This document shows positions 45,328 through 60,627 of a DNA stretch of 64,000 nucleotides, piece by piece. The number at the start of each line of letters is the position of its first letter. The stretch's first letter is position 1. Source of the stretch: Eledone cirrhosa (taxonomy: Eukaryota); NCBI GenBank assembly GCA_964016885.1, contig OZ024743.1:289416001-289480000 (forward strand), given 5' to 3'. The notes beneath the pieces are model-generated. The model searched no databases. It saw only the letters and a program-made list of their open reading frames with translations, and was not told where the DNA came from. Position numbers and translations under genes: made by a program.

Positions 45328-45410
45328 TACCTCCGATTCAACCCGGAATAACGTACCTATATATATATAAATATCTATATCTATATATCTATATCTATAT
45401 ATATATATAC

Positions 45411-45477
<67 letters not shown>

Positions 45478-45500
45478 TATACATATGTATATATATATAT

Positions 45501-45554
<54 letters not shown>

Positions 45555-45559
<5 letters not shown>

Positions 45560-45964
45560 GAAGATATATTTAAATTGTTGGGATACAACAAGCACATATT
45601 TTTATAACTGATATAAAGCACTCAACAAATTATTGGAGTAAAAATACGATATATTAACAAATGGAAACTATATTTATAAAACCATATTTATTTCATTTTA
45701 CATATTTCAAGGACACCAAGTCAAATTATGGTGCGCTTTCATCAGATAAAATATAATATAGATCAGTTTTATAAATAAATATTGACATACCCTTAAAGAA
45801 TGCGACCATTTCTGTTGCAAGCTTCCGGATATTTATAAAACTGATCTATATTATATTATATTTTATATGATGAAAGCGCACCATAATTTCACTTGGTGTC
45901 CTTGAAATATGTATAATGAAATAAATATGGTTTTATAAATATAGTTTCCATTTGTTAATATATC

Positions 45965-45966
<2 letters not shown>
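45555..45966 (-). mobile_element. Second copy of the 21.8-22.25 kb HHR family with a different fold-back point
   Basis: HHR at 45689-45753 (-); inverted arm ~45830-45966. Confidence 0.85.
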
Positions 45967-46063
<97 letters not shown>

Positions 46064-46250
46064 AACCAGTAAGACCCCGACAGCTGAGCTCAAGCCTTTA
46101 CGACGGCTAATTCAGTCCAGAATTAGCCGTCGAAACGGCTTGAGCTCAGCTGTCGGGGTCTTACTGGTTCCTATTACCCACTCTACTACCTCAAGTATTG
46201 AGTACTTTGGTGCGTTATGGTCCACCTGGTTCCTTACCACATTTCTTTCG

Positions 46251-46312
<62 letters not shown>

Positions 46313-46317
46313 GTTAT

Positions 46318-46520
46318 AGGGCGATGGTGTAGCATTGGTAGAATCGTTAGAGTGACGGACACCATGCTTCGAGGCAGAGAGTTTCGTCCCTTTACGTTCT
46401 GAGTTCTAATCCCGCTGAAGTCAGCTTTGCATTTCATCCTTACGGAGTCGATAAATTAAAGTACCAGCAACGCACTAGGGCCGATTTCATCGACTTTCAC
46501 CTCCCCACAAATTGTACAAT
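46318..46520 (+). mobile_element. SINE (older subfamily)
   Basis: Consensus match including the central domain. Confidence 0.8.
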
Positions 46521-47172
46521 TTCTATAGTGTAAATCATTATTCACACACACACATACATACATACATACATATATATATTATATATCGGAAAATATTGTA
46601 TATCGGCTGAACTCCGGCCGTTTCGACAGCTAGATCCTGACTCTTTTCGTATTATCCACTCTACTACCCCAAATATCAAGTATTCTGGTGCGTTATGGTC
46701 CACCTGGTTTCTTACCACACTTTTCTTGTTATATTATATATATATATATTACGAAGTTTCTGCAGTTAAGTTACCTGTAATGAACATTTGCACGCACACA
46801 ACCACATGAAGGCGTATCGTACCTACATATATAGGTATTACTGCACACGTATGTGCCTTTGTGTATGTTTAATGTACGTGTCTTATTGGGAACCTGTGTA
46901 TGTGGGAAATATATAAAGCGTGCACTATTTTTTTCTCTTCCGCATTATGAATTATATTTGATCTATCTATGTATAGTGATACACACATATAAATAGTCAC
47001 ACTCTATCTAAGTGAATTATCTGATGCACCCCACTTTCCCTGCTTACATATATAATAATATTCATACACATGTGTAAATGCGCATCATTACATATGCATA
47101 CATGCATACATATATACGTACATACGTACATACATAACATATATATTTACACGCACACACACACATATATAT

Positions 47173-47244
<72 letters not shown>

Positions 47245-47313
47245 GTGTGTCTGTTTCTTTATGTATATATATGTATATATATATACATATATACACGTGT
47301 GTGTCTGTGTCTT

Positions 47314-47551
<238 letters not shown>

Positions 47552-48791
47552 ATATTATATATATATTTTCATACAAATATACATACGCATGTGCACACAT
47601 TTTTATTATTAGTGTATATGTTAGCATATATACTAATAATCTGACTGTTTATCTAATTGTACTTATATTTTCTTGCGATATATACAAATTGCAAAAAGAT
47701 AAATAAAAATAAATGAAAGAAAACAAAATAAAGAGGAATAAATATAATAAAAATAACTAATAATATATATAAAATATGAAAAATAAGTAAAAAGAAATAT
47801 ATATGTATATAGGGATTAATATTATGGAAAGAGAGAAAGAAAAAAATAGAGAAAGTGAGAATGGGAAACGGTGAGAGAGGGCATTATCTATTCATATATG
47901 TTTGTCATATATTGTTATACACACTACAAAATTCTCACTACGATACGTCCACAAATGCTCTCATATATACATATCTCCACACACTCATATATGTATAAAT
48001 ATACATGGTTATATTACTCCTTTTTCTTCATTGTTTGGTACATATAATTTGTTTTTGTTTGTATTTTACAATCCAAATTGCTACTCACTCTGATAATCTC
48101 CTTTGGGAAAAACATTTTGATTAGTTCTCGCCTATTGTTTCTTTCATGTCATTCATTTTGTTTAGTTTTGTTATTAATTTCTTGCCTGTTTTTCGTCATC
48201 TTTTTTTCTTCATCAGATATTTTATTCTAGCCTCTTCCATTTCCTTGTATATTTTTACATATTTTATAGCGTTATTTGTTATTTTATCCCTGAACGTCCA
48301 TCTTTATCAGCACCGCCATTGTGTTTCTTGCTTATGTTTTGTTGTAATCATTTTGTTCTCTCATATTTTTTCTCAGGGATATCATTTCACCATTTGTCTT
48401 TTATTATTAGACATTATAATTATTTATATTATTATTGTCATTATCATCATCATTATTATTATTATTATTATTATTTTCTTATTAATATTGTTGTTGTTGT
48501 TTTCCTTCAACAGCCATCTACTATCATCAGATATCTTCACTTTACATCGTTGATATACTTAGCAATTTGAAATGTTTTTGGAAATAATATACTAGTTTAT
48601 TTTTCTTTGAATTATCTTCTAGTTTCGGGGGTCTGTTCTCCGTTATTTTCATTTTACAAATCTTGTTTTCTATATTTTACCAATAATGTCTAATATTTCT
48701 ACGCTACTCACTATGAATATAAGTATATATATGTATAAACTCATATGTATACACACACATATATATATGCTTATGTATATATATATGCTTA

Positions 48792-48866
<75 letters not shown>

Positions 48867-49526
48867 GTTATGTTCATGTATATGTATTATGTAGATTTAA
48901 ACATACATGCATTTATATAGGTATGGGGTACCTATATAATACAGATGTATACACACACAAATATGTTTATATATATATACTCATACAGAGAATTGTGTAT
49001 ATATATATAATTATTTTCAAGTTTTTGCAATTTCTTTTTGTCTTGCATTTTTGCTATTTACATTTTGGTTTTCTTTCAACGTTGTTGCCTTTGTTCTTCT
49101 CATTATTATCGTTAGTCTTTGACTTTGCCTTTCATCCTTACGGGGTCGATAAAATAAAGTACCAGTAATGCACTGGGTAATTGATGGCCTTGTGCCTAAA
49201 AAGTAGAAACAATTATTATCGTTAGTCTTATCATTATTGTTATTATAATTGTTATCCTCATTATTATTATTATTGTTGTTGTTGTTGTTGTTAAGAGGGT
49301 GTTCATGCGTAAATAGGTTTCTGTAATTGGGTGCATAAATGTGTATATGCATATTTTTTTTGTGTGAATGTGAATCTGTTTGTAGAATACACAATATGTG
49401 TCTTATCTAAATATTTAAATGTCTTGTATTAGTGTTGTGTTGCTCTTGCGGCACCATAATATTAATAATAATAATATTAATAATAATAATAATAATAATG
49501 GTATTAATAATAGAAATAATAATAAT

Positions 49527-50482
49527 GATTTCTTTATTAACCACAAGGGTTTACATAAAGTAGACATTAAGGACAGTGCAGGACAATGCAGGACGGTACA
49601 AAACGGTACAAATGGGCATTTCTGCGTGTAAAAAACAAAAACAGAGGATGTAACAAAAATAACAATGAAAAAATTCCCCAATAGGGGGGAGACTTCGGAG
49701 GGACATTTGTGGAGAAAGCCCAGTAAAAAGCCACAATGACCCTGACCACCAAGGCAAGTGCCCTCTCCCAGTTTTCCACCTTTAGTTTACAGATATATAC
49801 TCAGAGTCGGCCCATTCACTCGGGCCATTCTTGCTTCTCTCACCCATCTTTCAACAAAATGCTGGGAAGAGAGCACTTCCTTCTCTACTCTGATTTTCCT
49901 TTTCAAATGAAATTTGAAAAAGTCAATCAGAGCATCACCGAAGAGGTAAGTGCTCGTCTTCAGCCCTTTCAAACGTGTCCACCATACTATCTCTTTCGCC
50001 ATGGCCACCAGACAGATAAAAACTGCCTGCCCTTCCCGGCTAAAGGAGGAGGGCGGGGCAATCCTCACGATAGACTCAGATGATAGCTGGATCCGTCCTA
50101 AACGGGACAGCAGGTGTTCGACATAAACCCACAAGTCAGCAATTTTCGGACACTGGACGAGTGCGTGCAGGACGGTTTCGTCGCCCTGCGCGCATCTCGG
50201 ACATGCCCGGCTGACGGCACCTCCATGCCTGTAGAGTTTATCCCGAACTGGCAAGGCTCCTCGGTAGCACTGCCAGGCCAGAGATTTCTGGAAGTTGTCC
50301 ATAGGCCCTGCCCGAAAGTTCTTCCGAAGAGATTGGCTAGTTGATTTTCGTCGACGCCTAGAGTTTCCCCAAGTACGTCGTCGCTCTTCCCCTCCACTAA
50401 TCCTCTATAGAACGCCGAGGTGGAGTTTCCACCGATCACATTGCCCGATTGGTCGAGGGCTGTGAGCGCCTGAAGACATTCC
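49527..50482 (-). mobile_element. 5'-truncated L1/Tx1-clade LINE, C-terminal CCHC (zf-RVT) domain, 15-bp TSD
   Basis: AWQCYRGALPVRDKL..CPRC..DETVLHALVQC..LW; AATAAA at the 3' end; TSD agaaataataataat at 49512-49526 and 50483-50497. Confidence 0.9.
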
Positions 50483-50804
50483 AGAAATAATAATAATACA
50501 ATATAAATATGTAGAAATAGCGATAACATGAGTGTGGATGATGAAAACAGAAGCAATCCCTATAATATTTGATGCTATGTGTATGATAAAACACAGACAG
50601 ACAGATGCATGACCAAAACCTCCAGGACATACAAATATACACATCATACAAAAAATACCTAGGCACTGCACACATATTATGTAAAGTACTTTCAATACAA
50701 TGGAAAGAACAACGCCGAAACATAACATTGCACATACCCCATGGCCGCAGCGCTGTGCCCGGCACACAATAAAAATAAAACTAATGATAATAATTGATTT
50801 TTCT

Positions 50805-52105
50805 TTTGACACCCGGCCAGCAAATTGAAGGAGAGGAGTAATCCATTAAATATCCCCAAGTGCGTTACTGGGACTTCATTTGATCGATACCGTGAAAAGG
50901 AAAACTAAAGTTGGCAGGATTTAAACTCAGAACATAAAGGGCCGTAACTATATCCCACAAAGCTCTACTGATACTGCTAATCCACCGCCCTTCGACTAAT
51001 GATAATGACAATGATTTCTGATTTAGGCACAAGGCCAGCAATGTTTTGGGGGAGGGGCAGGTCGATTAAATCGACCCCAGTACGTTACTGGTGCTTTATT
51101 TTATCGACTCTGTAAGGATGAAAGGCAAAGGTAACCTAGGCAGATTTGAACTCAGACCGTAAAGAGCCGTAACTCAATGCCACAAAACATGTTATCCGTT
51201 GCTTTACCGATATTGCCAATCCGCTGACCTTAAACTACTGATAATAATAATGTTTTTGTTTTTTTATTTAAGCACAAATACCACAGTTTAGTGGCATAGT
51301 AAAGCCCCTTACATCGATTCCTATACTTGACAGGTACTTTAGATTAGCGACCACGAAGGATGAAAGGCATAGTTCTCAGCGGGTTTTGAGATTTGAAACG
51401 TAAAGGGTCACAACTGTGTGCCACTAGGTATTTAATTGATGTTTTAATTATTCGGCCAATCCACTGATAAGAATTATATTGGATTCTACTCATATCTCAA
51501 GGAAAGGGGAAAGTTAATGAACTAGAGTTCAGTGCTTGACTACACTTTTAACGTCCCGGGGAGAATAGAAGGTAAAGTTGCGCGAGGTGGGAGTTGAATT
51601 CAGAAAATAAAGAACTGGAAGGAATAATTCAGAGCACTTCTTCGACGCTATAACTATTCTGCTACTCCACCACCTTCAACATCATTTCTAGTAATTGTTT
51701 CTTCTTTTGGCACAATGCCAGCAATTTGAAGGGAAGTGGAATATCGATTAAATAGACCCCAGTAAACTATTGCTTTGTTTTATCAACCCCGTAAGGGTGA
51801 AAGGCAACGTTAATATCAGGATGTAGAAATGTGTACCTAAATATCGTAAAGCAGGCATGTCAAACTGAGGGTCCCTCGAGGGCCACATAGGTCACATATA
51901 TGTTGTCTGAGGGCCACACATGACAACTAATTGCGCACATTACAACTATTTTTTTATTTTATGTAACGCTCGTGCTGTAAAAACCTTTGTGCAAGCCGCA
52001 AGTGTGCTTGTAAAGAGCCGCATGCAGCCGCGGGCCACATGTTTGACATTCTTGTCGTATTCCGTTTTGTCTAAAGTTCTACCGATATTACCAATCAACC
52101 ACCCT
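50805..52105 (-). mobile_element. Cluster of about five head-to-tail SINEs of different ages
   Basis: Repeated ttatcgaccccgtaaggatgaaaggcaaag-like domain. Confidence 0.75.
51852..52054. mobile_element. hAT-type MITE nested in a SINE
   Basis: TIR caggcatgtcaaac / gtttgacattcttg; partial 8-bp TSD tcgtaaag/tcgtattc. Confidence 0.7.
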
Positions 52106-52344
52106 AATTAGAAGTAATGGTAGTATCTTTATTACTGCTATTGTAATTGTCCTAAACCCTATCAGAAATGGAGTGCATATTGCTGGTATGGGTCTATAAG
52201 TGACGCCATATATGTATTCGGTTCTTATTATATGCTTGCATTTCATCTCCTTAGGGGCACGCATACACACGGGGCGCACAAATGCACAGAGATGTATGTA
52301 TGTATGTATGTATGTATGCATTGCTTTATATCTGGAGATCTCTC

Positions 52345-52545
52345 TGTACTTGTCGTCACATGGAACCATGGGCCCAGCACTATGTGTCAATAATTGTCAC
52401 AAGTGTAGTGTTTGTAGCAGAGTTTTCAAGTCGCTGGCTGGACTAAAAAGTCACACTCGTTCAGCGCATCGGTAGAGGTTCTCCTACATGGGTATAAAGT
52501 AGTGGCCGTACTCGAAAACGAGTTGGCAGCCACCATGTATGTATG
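52345..52545 (+). mobile_element. RTE-like LINE 3' end with C2H2 finger and (ATGT)n tail
   Basis: HKCSVCSRVFKSLAGLKSHTRSAHR*, short UTR, ATGT repeats on both sides. Confidence 0.7.
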
Positions 52546-52742
52546 TATGTATGTATGTATGTGTGTATGTATGTATATAGATTGACAGATAAATACAAAT
52601 ATATGTACATGTGTTTGTGTATGTGTGTGTAGGTGTTTATGTACCTTTGTGTGTGCACGCGCGTGTGTACAGTGTCAGGTTTTCGGAGAGATCATTTACT
52701 CACGTAATACATAGATTTTATCGCTACATAATATATACGGAC

Positions 52743-52827
<85 letters not shown>

Positions 52828-53092
52828 ATATGTGTGTGTATATATATATATAAACGGAAGTAACTTTTCATTGGAACATATTGAATGTAAGACGTGTTAG
52901 AGTTTAATCTAAAGGATATGTGAATATGTGAAAAATCTTTACTAAAAAAAGATTAAACTCGAAAAGACACACAAATACACATGCATATAAGTATGATATA
53001 TATATGTGTATATACATGTATATATATATATACACACACATATATATACAATTATATATACATATATGTATACATTTATATATATATGTATG

Positions 53093-53172
<80 letters not shown>

Positions 53173-53248
53173 GTATATATATATATATATGCACTCACAC
53201 ACGCACATGTGTATATGTGTGGGTTTGTATGTTTGTGTGTTTATATAC

Positions 53249-53290
<42 letters not shown>

Positions 53291-54479
53291 TATATATTTA
53301 TGTATATATACATTGTTATTTATATATATTGTTATATATACATATATATATGCATACATATATATATGTATATATATATACAATGGTCATAAATCTAGAT
53401 ATGAATCAGTATAGTGTGTGATAATCACAGTTTCCGATGGTTGTTAAGTAAGAAACATCTTGATCGATAAATGTTAAAGAGCTGGCCAATATTATCGACA
53501 TTCCTCAGATAACATTCCTCCATTGAGCATTTTTTTTTCTTTCTGTGAGACATTATTACCGGGGCTTTTTTGTACCATTATCATCATCATCATCGTCGTC
53601 GTTGTTGTTGTTGGTGGTGGTTGTGTTATTGTTGTTGTTGCTATTCTTTTCGTTGTTTTATTGTCATAGTTGTTGGTATTGTCCGCTCGATTGTCTTGTT
53701 TTATTACGTTGTCTTACTATTTCCTTTTCTGGGGAGGGTTTGGGTTGTCAGATACTGCACTCTTCATGAATGTTTGTGTGTAAATATGATGTTGTTGTTG
53801 TACATGTGATTGTGTGTGTCATTGCTCCTGTCTTTCATTTGCTTTGTTTTGGTATATTTGCGAAAAATTATGTTTCTTTATGCAAATGTTTTGTGTTTTC
53901 CTTCTAATATGTCTTGTATCAAGCAATGCTATTCATTTCGCCATCTATGCTTTGCTGTGTATCTGTGTAACTTATACAACACCTGCAAACTCGTTCTTGT
54001 TTATTACACTTTATACCTAATACTGATATCATTATGAAGATCAATTCTACTTTTATCCCTCTCATTTAGTTCATTTCTCTCTTTTCTAGCGGATAACTCT
54101 ACAACAATCTTTCTCAAAGCTGGTTCTCCAAAAATTATTTGGGTTGCAGCCAGATGAAGTGTGTTTTCATAAATTTTAATCAAAAGTTACTGCTTATTTA
54201 CATTGATAAACTCGCTTACTGAAATAATTTTTGTTTTAATTAATGTCCTGTCAAATCGGACTGTACTCCATTTTCAGTAAAATGTACCACGAATTTTAGA
54301 AAATCATATAAATGTTGATGAACGTGACTGTAAGAAAAGAGTGGTAGTAATGAAAGTGGATCAATTTAGAAAGCCAAAAAAACACACGACAAAAGATCTT
54401 GTGGGAAGACATGTAAGCCAGGTTGTGTGAGGAAGAGATATAGAGAGTAAGCCAAAATGAAGAAACTTGTCATTGAGCC

Positions 54480-54800
54480 TGTATGTCTACCACCAAAGAG
54501 TTAAACTGTTCGAAGGATTAGTCCTACCAGCCAATCCTTAAACCAGTTGACGAATTATGTCTATCACACAAGAGTCAAAATGGAAGATAGATTAAGTCTA
54601 CTACGCAAGTGTTAAACCGAGTATAGGAATCAGTCTGCCAACAATGAGTTAAAACACTGAAGATTTAAACAAAGCTACGAATAAAAAGTAAATCTGCACA
54701 ACAGTTTAAGTAAAACACCAAAGTGTTCAACGGAAGGTGGTTCAAGTCTATTACATATGAGTTAAACTAGATGACGGATTAAGTCTGACACATGGAGAAA
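54480..54800. repeat. Degenerate 37-bp minisatellite
   Basis: gagttaaac-like motif at 54498, 54535, 54572, 54609, 54646, then 54723, 54759, each followed by a ggattaagtcta-like segment. Confidence 0.7.
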
Positions 54801-55213
54801 TCAAAGATAATATCAAGACATTTCTCACCTGCTAACGTGCCACTGCGTTACAATATGACCAAATGTTAGCAACGCAATTTTATTTATATATAGAGATACG
54901 CACACGTAGCTGAAAATAAAACAAACAAGAAAAGTAAGAAAACAAATATAACATAAAGAGCATCAGGCATTACCAAATGTTGATTCCCTTGGGTTATGTC
55001 TATAAGGTTTTATATTATGTGAGGTATTTTGACGTAAGTCGCAGACTACTAAATCATTGTATATTACGGAGTAGCAGCAAACAAGTTTCATTTAGATTTG
55101 ATGTGATTTTATAAACACATACACACGGAAACGTTTTGGAATGTGGATATGTATGTATGTATGTATGTATATATGTATGCATATATATATATATATATAT
55201 ATAAATATTACAT

Positions 55214-55391
55214 ATCTTTGATGATAAATGATTCCTAGACTCTAGTTAACAGAATGTATTTATATGTATGCATTGGGTTGTTTGTGCGTGTATGTGTGTA
55301 AGCCATTGCATACACAATCTCACATATATAGATATTTATACGTAAATATATAATATATGTATATATATTATATATGTATATTTATATATAT

Positions 55392-55427
<36 letters not shown>

Positions 55428-55625
55428 GCATATATATATATACATATATATATGTATATACACACACACATATATATATACATATATTATATATACACTT
55501 GTAAATATCTCAATGTGAGATTGTGTAAGCAATGGCTTACACACATACACTCACAAACAACCCAATGCTTACATATAAATACATTCTGTTAACTAGAGTC
55601 TAGGAATCATTTATCATCAAAGATA
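55214..55625. repeat. Inverted repeat, ~125-bp arms around a TA-rich spacer
   Basis: atctttgatgataaatgattcctagactctag.. is mirrored at ..ctagagtctaggaatcatttatcatcaaagat. Confidence 0.85.
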
Positions 55626-56139
55626 AGCAACATATGTATTTCAGGATAACTAACATTGCTATGATTAAATTCATGTAACAATATATATGTATGTATGTGT
55701 GTGTGCGCGCGTGTGTATGTCCTGTCAAAACTGAGCAACAACTACAGAAAAATCAAACTACTATCATGTAAACATATATATATATATATATACAAAACGT
55801 AACCGAACTTTGGCTAGGAAATACAAAGTCATGTACTTTGTGGAGTTCAATTTCTAATGTTTTTTGAAAGTAGACTCCTCGTGCCTCCTCACAATTAGCG
55901 CAGCAATCCTTACATTGTTGGAATGCTACATACGGAATTACTTACATTCCCACCATCGCCGTCTGCGTATGTGCTCTTGGGGCTCAAAGTGGGAGCCTTT
56001 TCATGAATTCTTCATTTTTGAGAACGACCAAAAGTCAGATGAGTCTGCAGAGTAAGCTGCCTGATGAATGAGCGAAATACATTTTTTTAAAATTAGAAAC
56101 CTTGGATGAACGGTGACGAATGAACGTTGTCATGATGTA

Positions 56140-56310
56140 CGAGTGTTGGCTGAAAGGTTCATAGATTGACTATGAAGATTTAATATTAGAGTTGTGAAAT
56201 ATTACATACATTAATTCCAACACTTCTTATTAATAACTGCAATGTTTCTATCATTTGGTCATTCCATGAGAGTATCTTGGTCAGCCAATAAACTTTTCAG
56301 TTGACCCTCG
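56140..56310. mobile_element. Mariner-type MITE within an older mariner relic (~55800-56790)
   Basis: ta-cgagtgttggctgaaaggtt / aacttttcagttgaccctcg-ta; the flanking minus strand shows DFW.F.KMK-like remains. Confidence 0.55.
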
Positions 56311-56833
56311 TAGCTACCAGATTTGGAAAGGTCAATGTTTTGGTTCCTTGCGCCGAACTGCATTACGAATTCTTTGAAGGACTTCTTGGTAGAACTCCTT
56401 TCTTACCGTTTGTCCTTCTGGTGCGTTTTTGCAATGCAACACAGTAGTCAAATAAAAAATTAAAAAATCAGTACTTTGATCTTTTTCTGACCCAGACACG
56501 CCTTTTGGGACGTTGGATGCTTATCAGTGATAACTAACATTTGGTTTCCATATTAGATCCGTATACCTACTACTCAATTCCAGAATTCGGGAGCCCTGTC
56601 GGCAGTATAGAGTTAAATGAAAAGGCGATGAATAAGTAGTACAGCAGCTAAGACGATGGCTGCCTGACAGTGACTGAAGCATCCAACAAACTCGTCAAAA
56701 ACCACTTCACTCTAAATATATTGTTTCCCTAACGTTATTACATCCCACAGGAAATAAAAATAAAAATCGAATACTTTTCGACAGACACTATGTGTGTGTG
56801 TGTGCGTGTGTGTATATATGTATATATATATGT

Positions 56834-56898
<65 letters not shown>

Positions 56899-57593
56899 AA
56901 TATAGATACATACACGCACCAGCAATCCAAATGAGAAATAGCAATAAAGAATTAAAACAAAATAACAAAATAAAAGTAACAAAACTCCACACAATGAAAC
57001 AACAGATTCACAAACACACCACCATCATCACCCACTACCACCACAACCACCCCTAACATCACCCACCACCACCACGAATAACAAAGTCCTCATATAAATA
57101 TATATATAAACGAAACAATTACGATGTTGAAATGGGAATTGCTAAAATAAATAAACAAATAAATAGATAAGTAAACATATAGCTATATACATACGTAAAC
57201 ATGTAAGTAAATACACACATAAATATGTAAGTAAATAACAAAATCTATGGCATATGATATGTTTTTCTGTGTGTTCAACGTTGGCCAACATAATTAGCGA
57301 CAAATTCAATGGAATGATGATCAAATCGGTAAAGAAATTCTCCTCTAATCTCTTTCTCTCATCTCTACATTGTTAGTTCTTCAGCATTATATTATATAGT
57401 TCAACTATTTCAAGACAGATTAGCAGCAATATATGTAAAAGTGTGAGAGGGTATACATATATAAATGCGTATGTGTTTTTATGACCGTATGTATATATAT
57501 ATATACACACACATAGTATATACATACACATATAAATACATATAGTATATATATATACACACATATATATATATGTGTATGCATATATATATA

Positions 57594-57624
<31 letters not shown>

Positions 57625-59560
57625 CGTATATTCACACACGCACACATATATATATTTCATTGTTAATACTAACACAAAGGAAACGTACTCAATGCATAAC
57701 GTAGAGTTAATTAAGGGGCTATCACAATTGATTATTCATGTTGTTACTTCTTGAAACAACATATTGATGGAGATAATTTATAACATAGTTTTGGAGCTAG
57801 TTTGACCTTACTAGAGCAGGAGTTAGCCTTGAGGTCTACAGGATTCATGCAGATTATGGGGTTCTTTTTGAGGCAAAATTTATAGCTTGAATTCCATCTT
57901 TCTGGCAAACCTTATAGCCACCTCTTATGTCACTCAAGGAAATGGTGCACCTATTTTTAAATGGACACATGCATAGGTACAGACATAAAATTGTCATAAT
58001 CATATGTACAAAGTATATGTTCCATTTTCTAAAGAAACAGGTGGCCGTAACTTCAAAGTTCCAACAATGGTGCCTCCACAGATTGACGTGGCACCATTTG
58101 AAATATTTGTGACGTTTCCTCATTTTTGCTTGTTTGCTGTTATTTTAATGATTCCAAACATATAGAGAGTAATACTCATGTCATACCAGTTTTAAACTAC
58201 AAAAAGTGATATATTGGTATTTATTTGAATTTTTATTTTCTAGTGCAAGTGCAAACTCAAAATTCTTGGTACCACAAATGGAGACAAACATTTTTCGTGT
58301 CAGCTGAGGTATCCTGAAAGTCTGTGACACTGAAATGCCACCACTTATGTAGTTTCTACTCTCACGAAGGTACACAGAATATATCATATATTCAGTAACC
58401 GTCATTATCCTCCAATCATAAATATCTATTATACATTAATAGGATGGTAATGAGGTGAGGATAAGTTCTGAAATTTAGAATTCGGAAACATTATTCTAAA
58501 GATGTAAAAATAAAATTTCTAAATGTCAGAAATGAATTTTCAAAAAACTGTTTATCAAGTTTTCAGGCAGGCACAGTGTCCATAGCTTTCATAGATCTCT
58601 GAGAGAGGAGAGATTAATGCTGCTCACAATGAAATTAAATAGTTGCAAGTCAACAGTTGATTTTTATTTTCATTTTTTTCTTTGGTGCATGTATTTCTAC
58701 CAGGTAAGAGTTACAGAAGATGAAGTCGACAATCTGTGATACTACATACCACATGAGATCTGTTTCATATTTTAATAATATAGGCCACATGGATGAACTC
58801 AAATTAAACAGAAGAGAAAAAGATACAGCAAATAATATCATCGAACACTAACAATTCTGCAAATGGATGGCTCTGTACTGCTACTTCATTTAGTGGTACC
58901 AAAAGTATGAAAGGCAAAGTTAACCTCAGCAAGATGAGAACTAACAACTCACAGAACTAGAACAGTTACTGCATGTCATATTTATATTGACACTAACCAC
59001 TTTGTCAATTTGCTGCCTTGAATATGAGTAATATTTAATACAGTCTTCCTCTAGTTCCAGTTATTGGACTACTACCTTGCTAGGGCACCAACATTGAACA
59101 TGTCAACACCAGCACAAACTTTTAAAAGTCTTGAAATCTCTGTTTATCAATACTACTAAGTTACAAGATATAATCAAGTAACATCAAATTTGAAGCATTA
59201 TGGACATAAGAACAGACATGGACACACAAACACTCTTTCTAATACGGCTGACATTTGATCACAAAGTTCTTTCTCCCTTTCTTTATTCCCTGTCCATTTT
59301 CTTCACTCTTGAAAAATCTTCAGAACATTCAAGAGGAACCAATGAGAAAGAATAACAAAAAATACAAGATGTTATTATGAGAAAAGAGGGAAATGCAAAA
59401 ACAAAAAAAAAACATTTAATAAAGATAGGTATAGTAGATTTTAATATCAAATTCTGATATATGCCAATTAGTAGGAAGATATATTTCATTACATCACACC
59501 CAACGTTTGACTAGTTCTTTATTTTATCAATTAGATTTTGATATTAAATACTATATATAT

Positions 59561-59705
59561 GGAGGCACATGGCTTAGTGGTTAGAGCATTGGCTTTGCAA
59601 TCGAAAGGTTGTGACTTCAATTCACAGACCGGGTGATGTGTTGTTTCCTTGAGCAAGACACTTTATTTCACATTGATCCAGTTTCCTCAGCTGAAATGAT
59701 GATAT
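59561..59705 (+). mobile_element. tRNA-derived SINE, second family
   Basis: A box tggcttagtgg, B-box-like region, ccttgagcaagacactt domain. Confidence 0.8.
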
Positions 59706-59940
59706 ACCTGAGTATAAGTCCCAACACCATTTTACATTCAACATTTACCATATAGCATATATTTTGAACTGAGGTTTCATAAATCCAGTAGATAAGTCAT
59801 ATGTGTTTTTACATCGTATTTTGATCGATAAAGGCGTGACTTTATACATGAGTATATACAGCATACATTCTGCATATAAGTGTGTATAAGTTGCACTGGG
59901 AGATGTGTTAAACCTCCATTATATATACAATATATATATA

Positions 59941-60131
59941 GGGCGGTGGATTGGCGGTATTGGGAGAGGGTCAGACGCCATGCTTTGCAGCAAAGAGTTA
60001 TGGCCCTTTATGGTCTGAGGTCAAATCCCGCCAAGGTTAACTTTGCCTTTCATCCTTACGAGGTCGATAAAATAAAGTACCAGTAATGCACTAGGGTAAT
60101 TGCTGGCCTTGTGCCAAAAGTAGAAACAATT
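59941..60131 (+). mobile_element. SINE (major family), near full length
   Basis: Consensus match. Confidence 0.88.
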
Positions 60132-60289
60132 ATATATACAATATTTACAATAAACCAAACATATTTATTTTGACTTGAGCTATTGTAGGTCCAGTAAACA
60201 TGCTGATTTTTCGTGTATTTTTGTGGCAGAAGGTGCAACGTATACACAAATATATATGGTATGTTTTAATTGCACACACACACATATAT

Positions 60290-60627
60290 ATCATCATCAT
60301 CATCATTTTACGTCTGCTTTTCCCTGCTTGCAAGGGTGGGACGGGCACAGATTCTGGCTTGATTTCTACAGCTGGATGCCCTTCCTAACACCAACCTCAT
60401 TTACAGTGAGTGCTGGGTGCTTTTTTGCAGTGGCACCTCCACAACCACTTTGCAGTGGAATGATAGGGACCCCAGTCCCTATCATCTCATTTCTACAGCT
60501 GAGTAAACTGGAGCAATGTGAAATAAAGTATCTTGCTCAAGGAAACAACACATCACCCGGTCTGAGAATTGAACCCACAACCTTTCGATTGCAAGGCCAA
60601 TGCTCTAACCACTAAGCCATGCGCCTA
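60290..60627 (-). mobile_element. tRNA-derived SINE, second family, full length with (GAT)n tail (3' half also at ~61885-62056)
   Basis: ggcgcatggcttagtggttagagc head; 3' half nearly identical to the 61.9-kb copy. Confidence 0.85.

Noticed and set aside
52388-52475. Host C2H2 zinc-finger gene exon
   Set aside because: A single finger followed by a stop, short UTR and ATGT tail fits a LINE 3' end.
54480-54800. CRISPR-like periodic array
   Set aside because: Eukaryotic context, no identical repeats with unique spacers, no cas genes.
57850-58400. Possible additional exon downstream of GPN2
   Set aside because: No recognisable protein or convincing splice pair; GPN2 already ends at 60914.
59561-59635. 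tRNA gene
   Set aside because: It is the tRNA-derived head of a SINE that continues into a SINE body; no proper cloverleaf.
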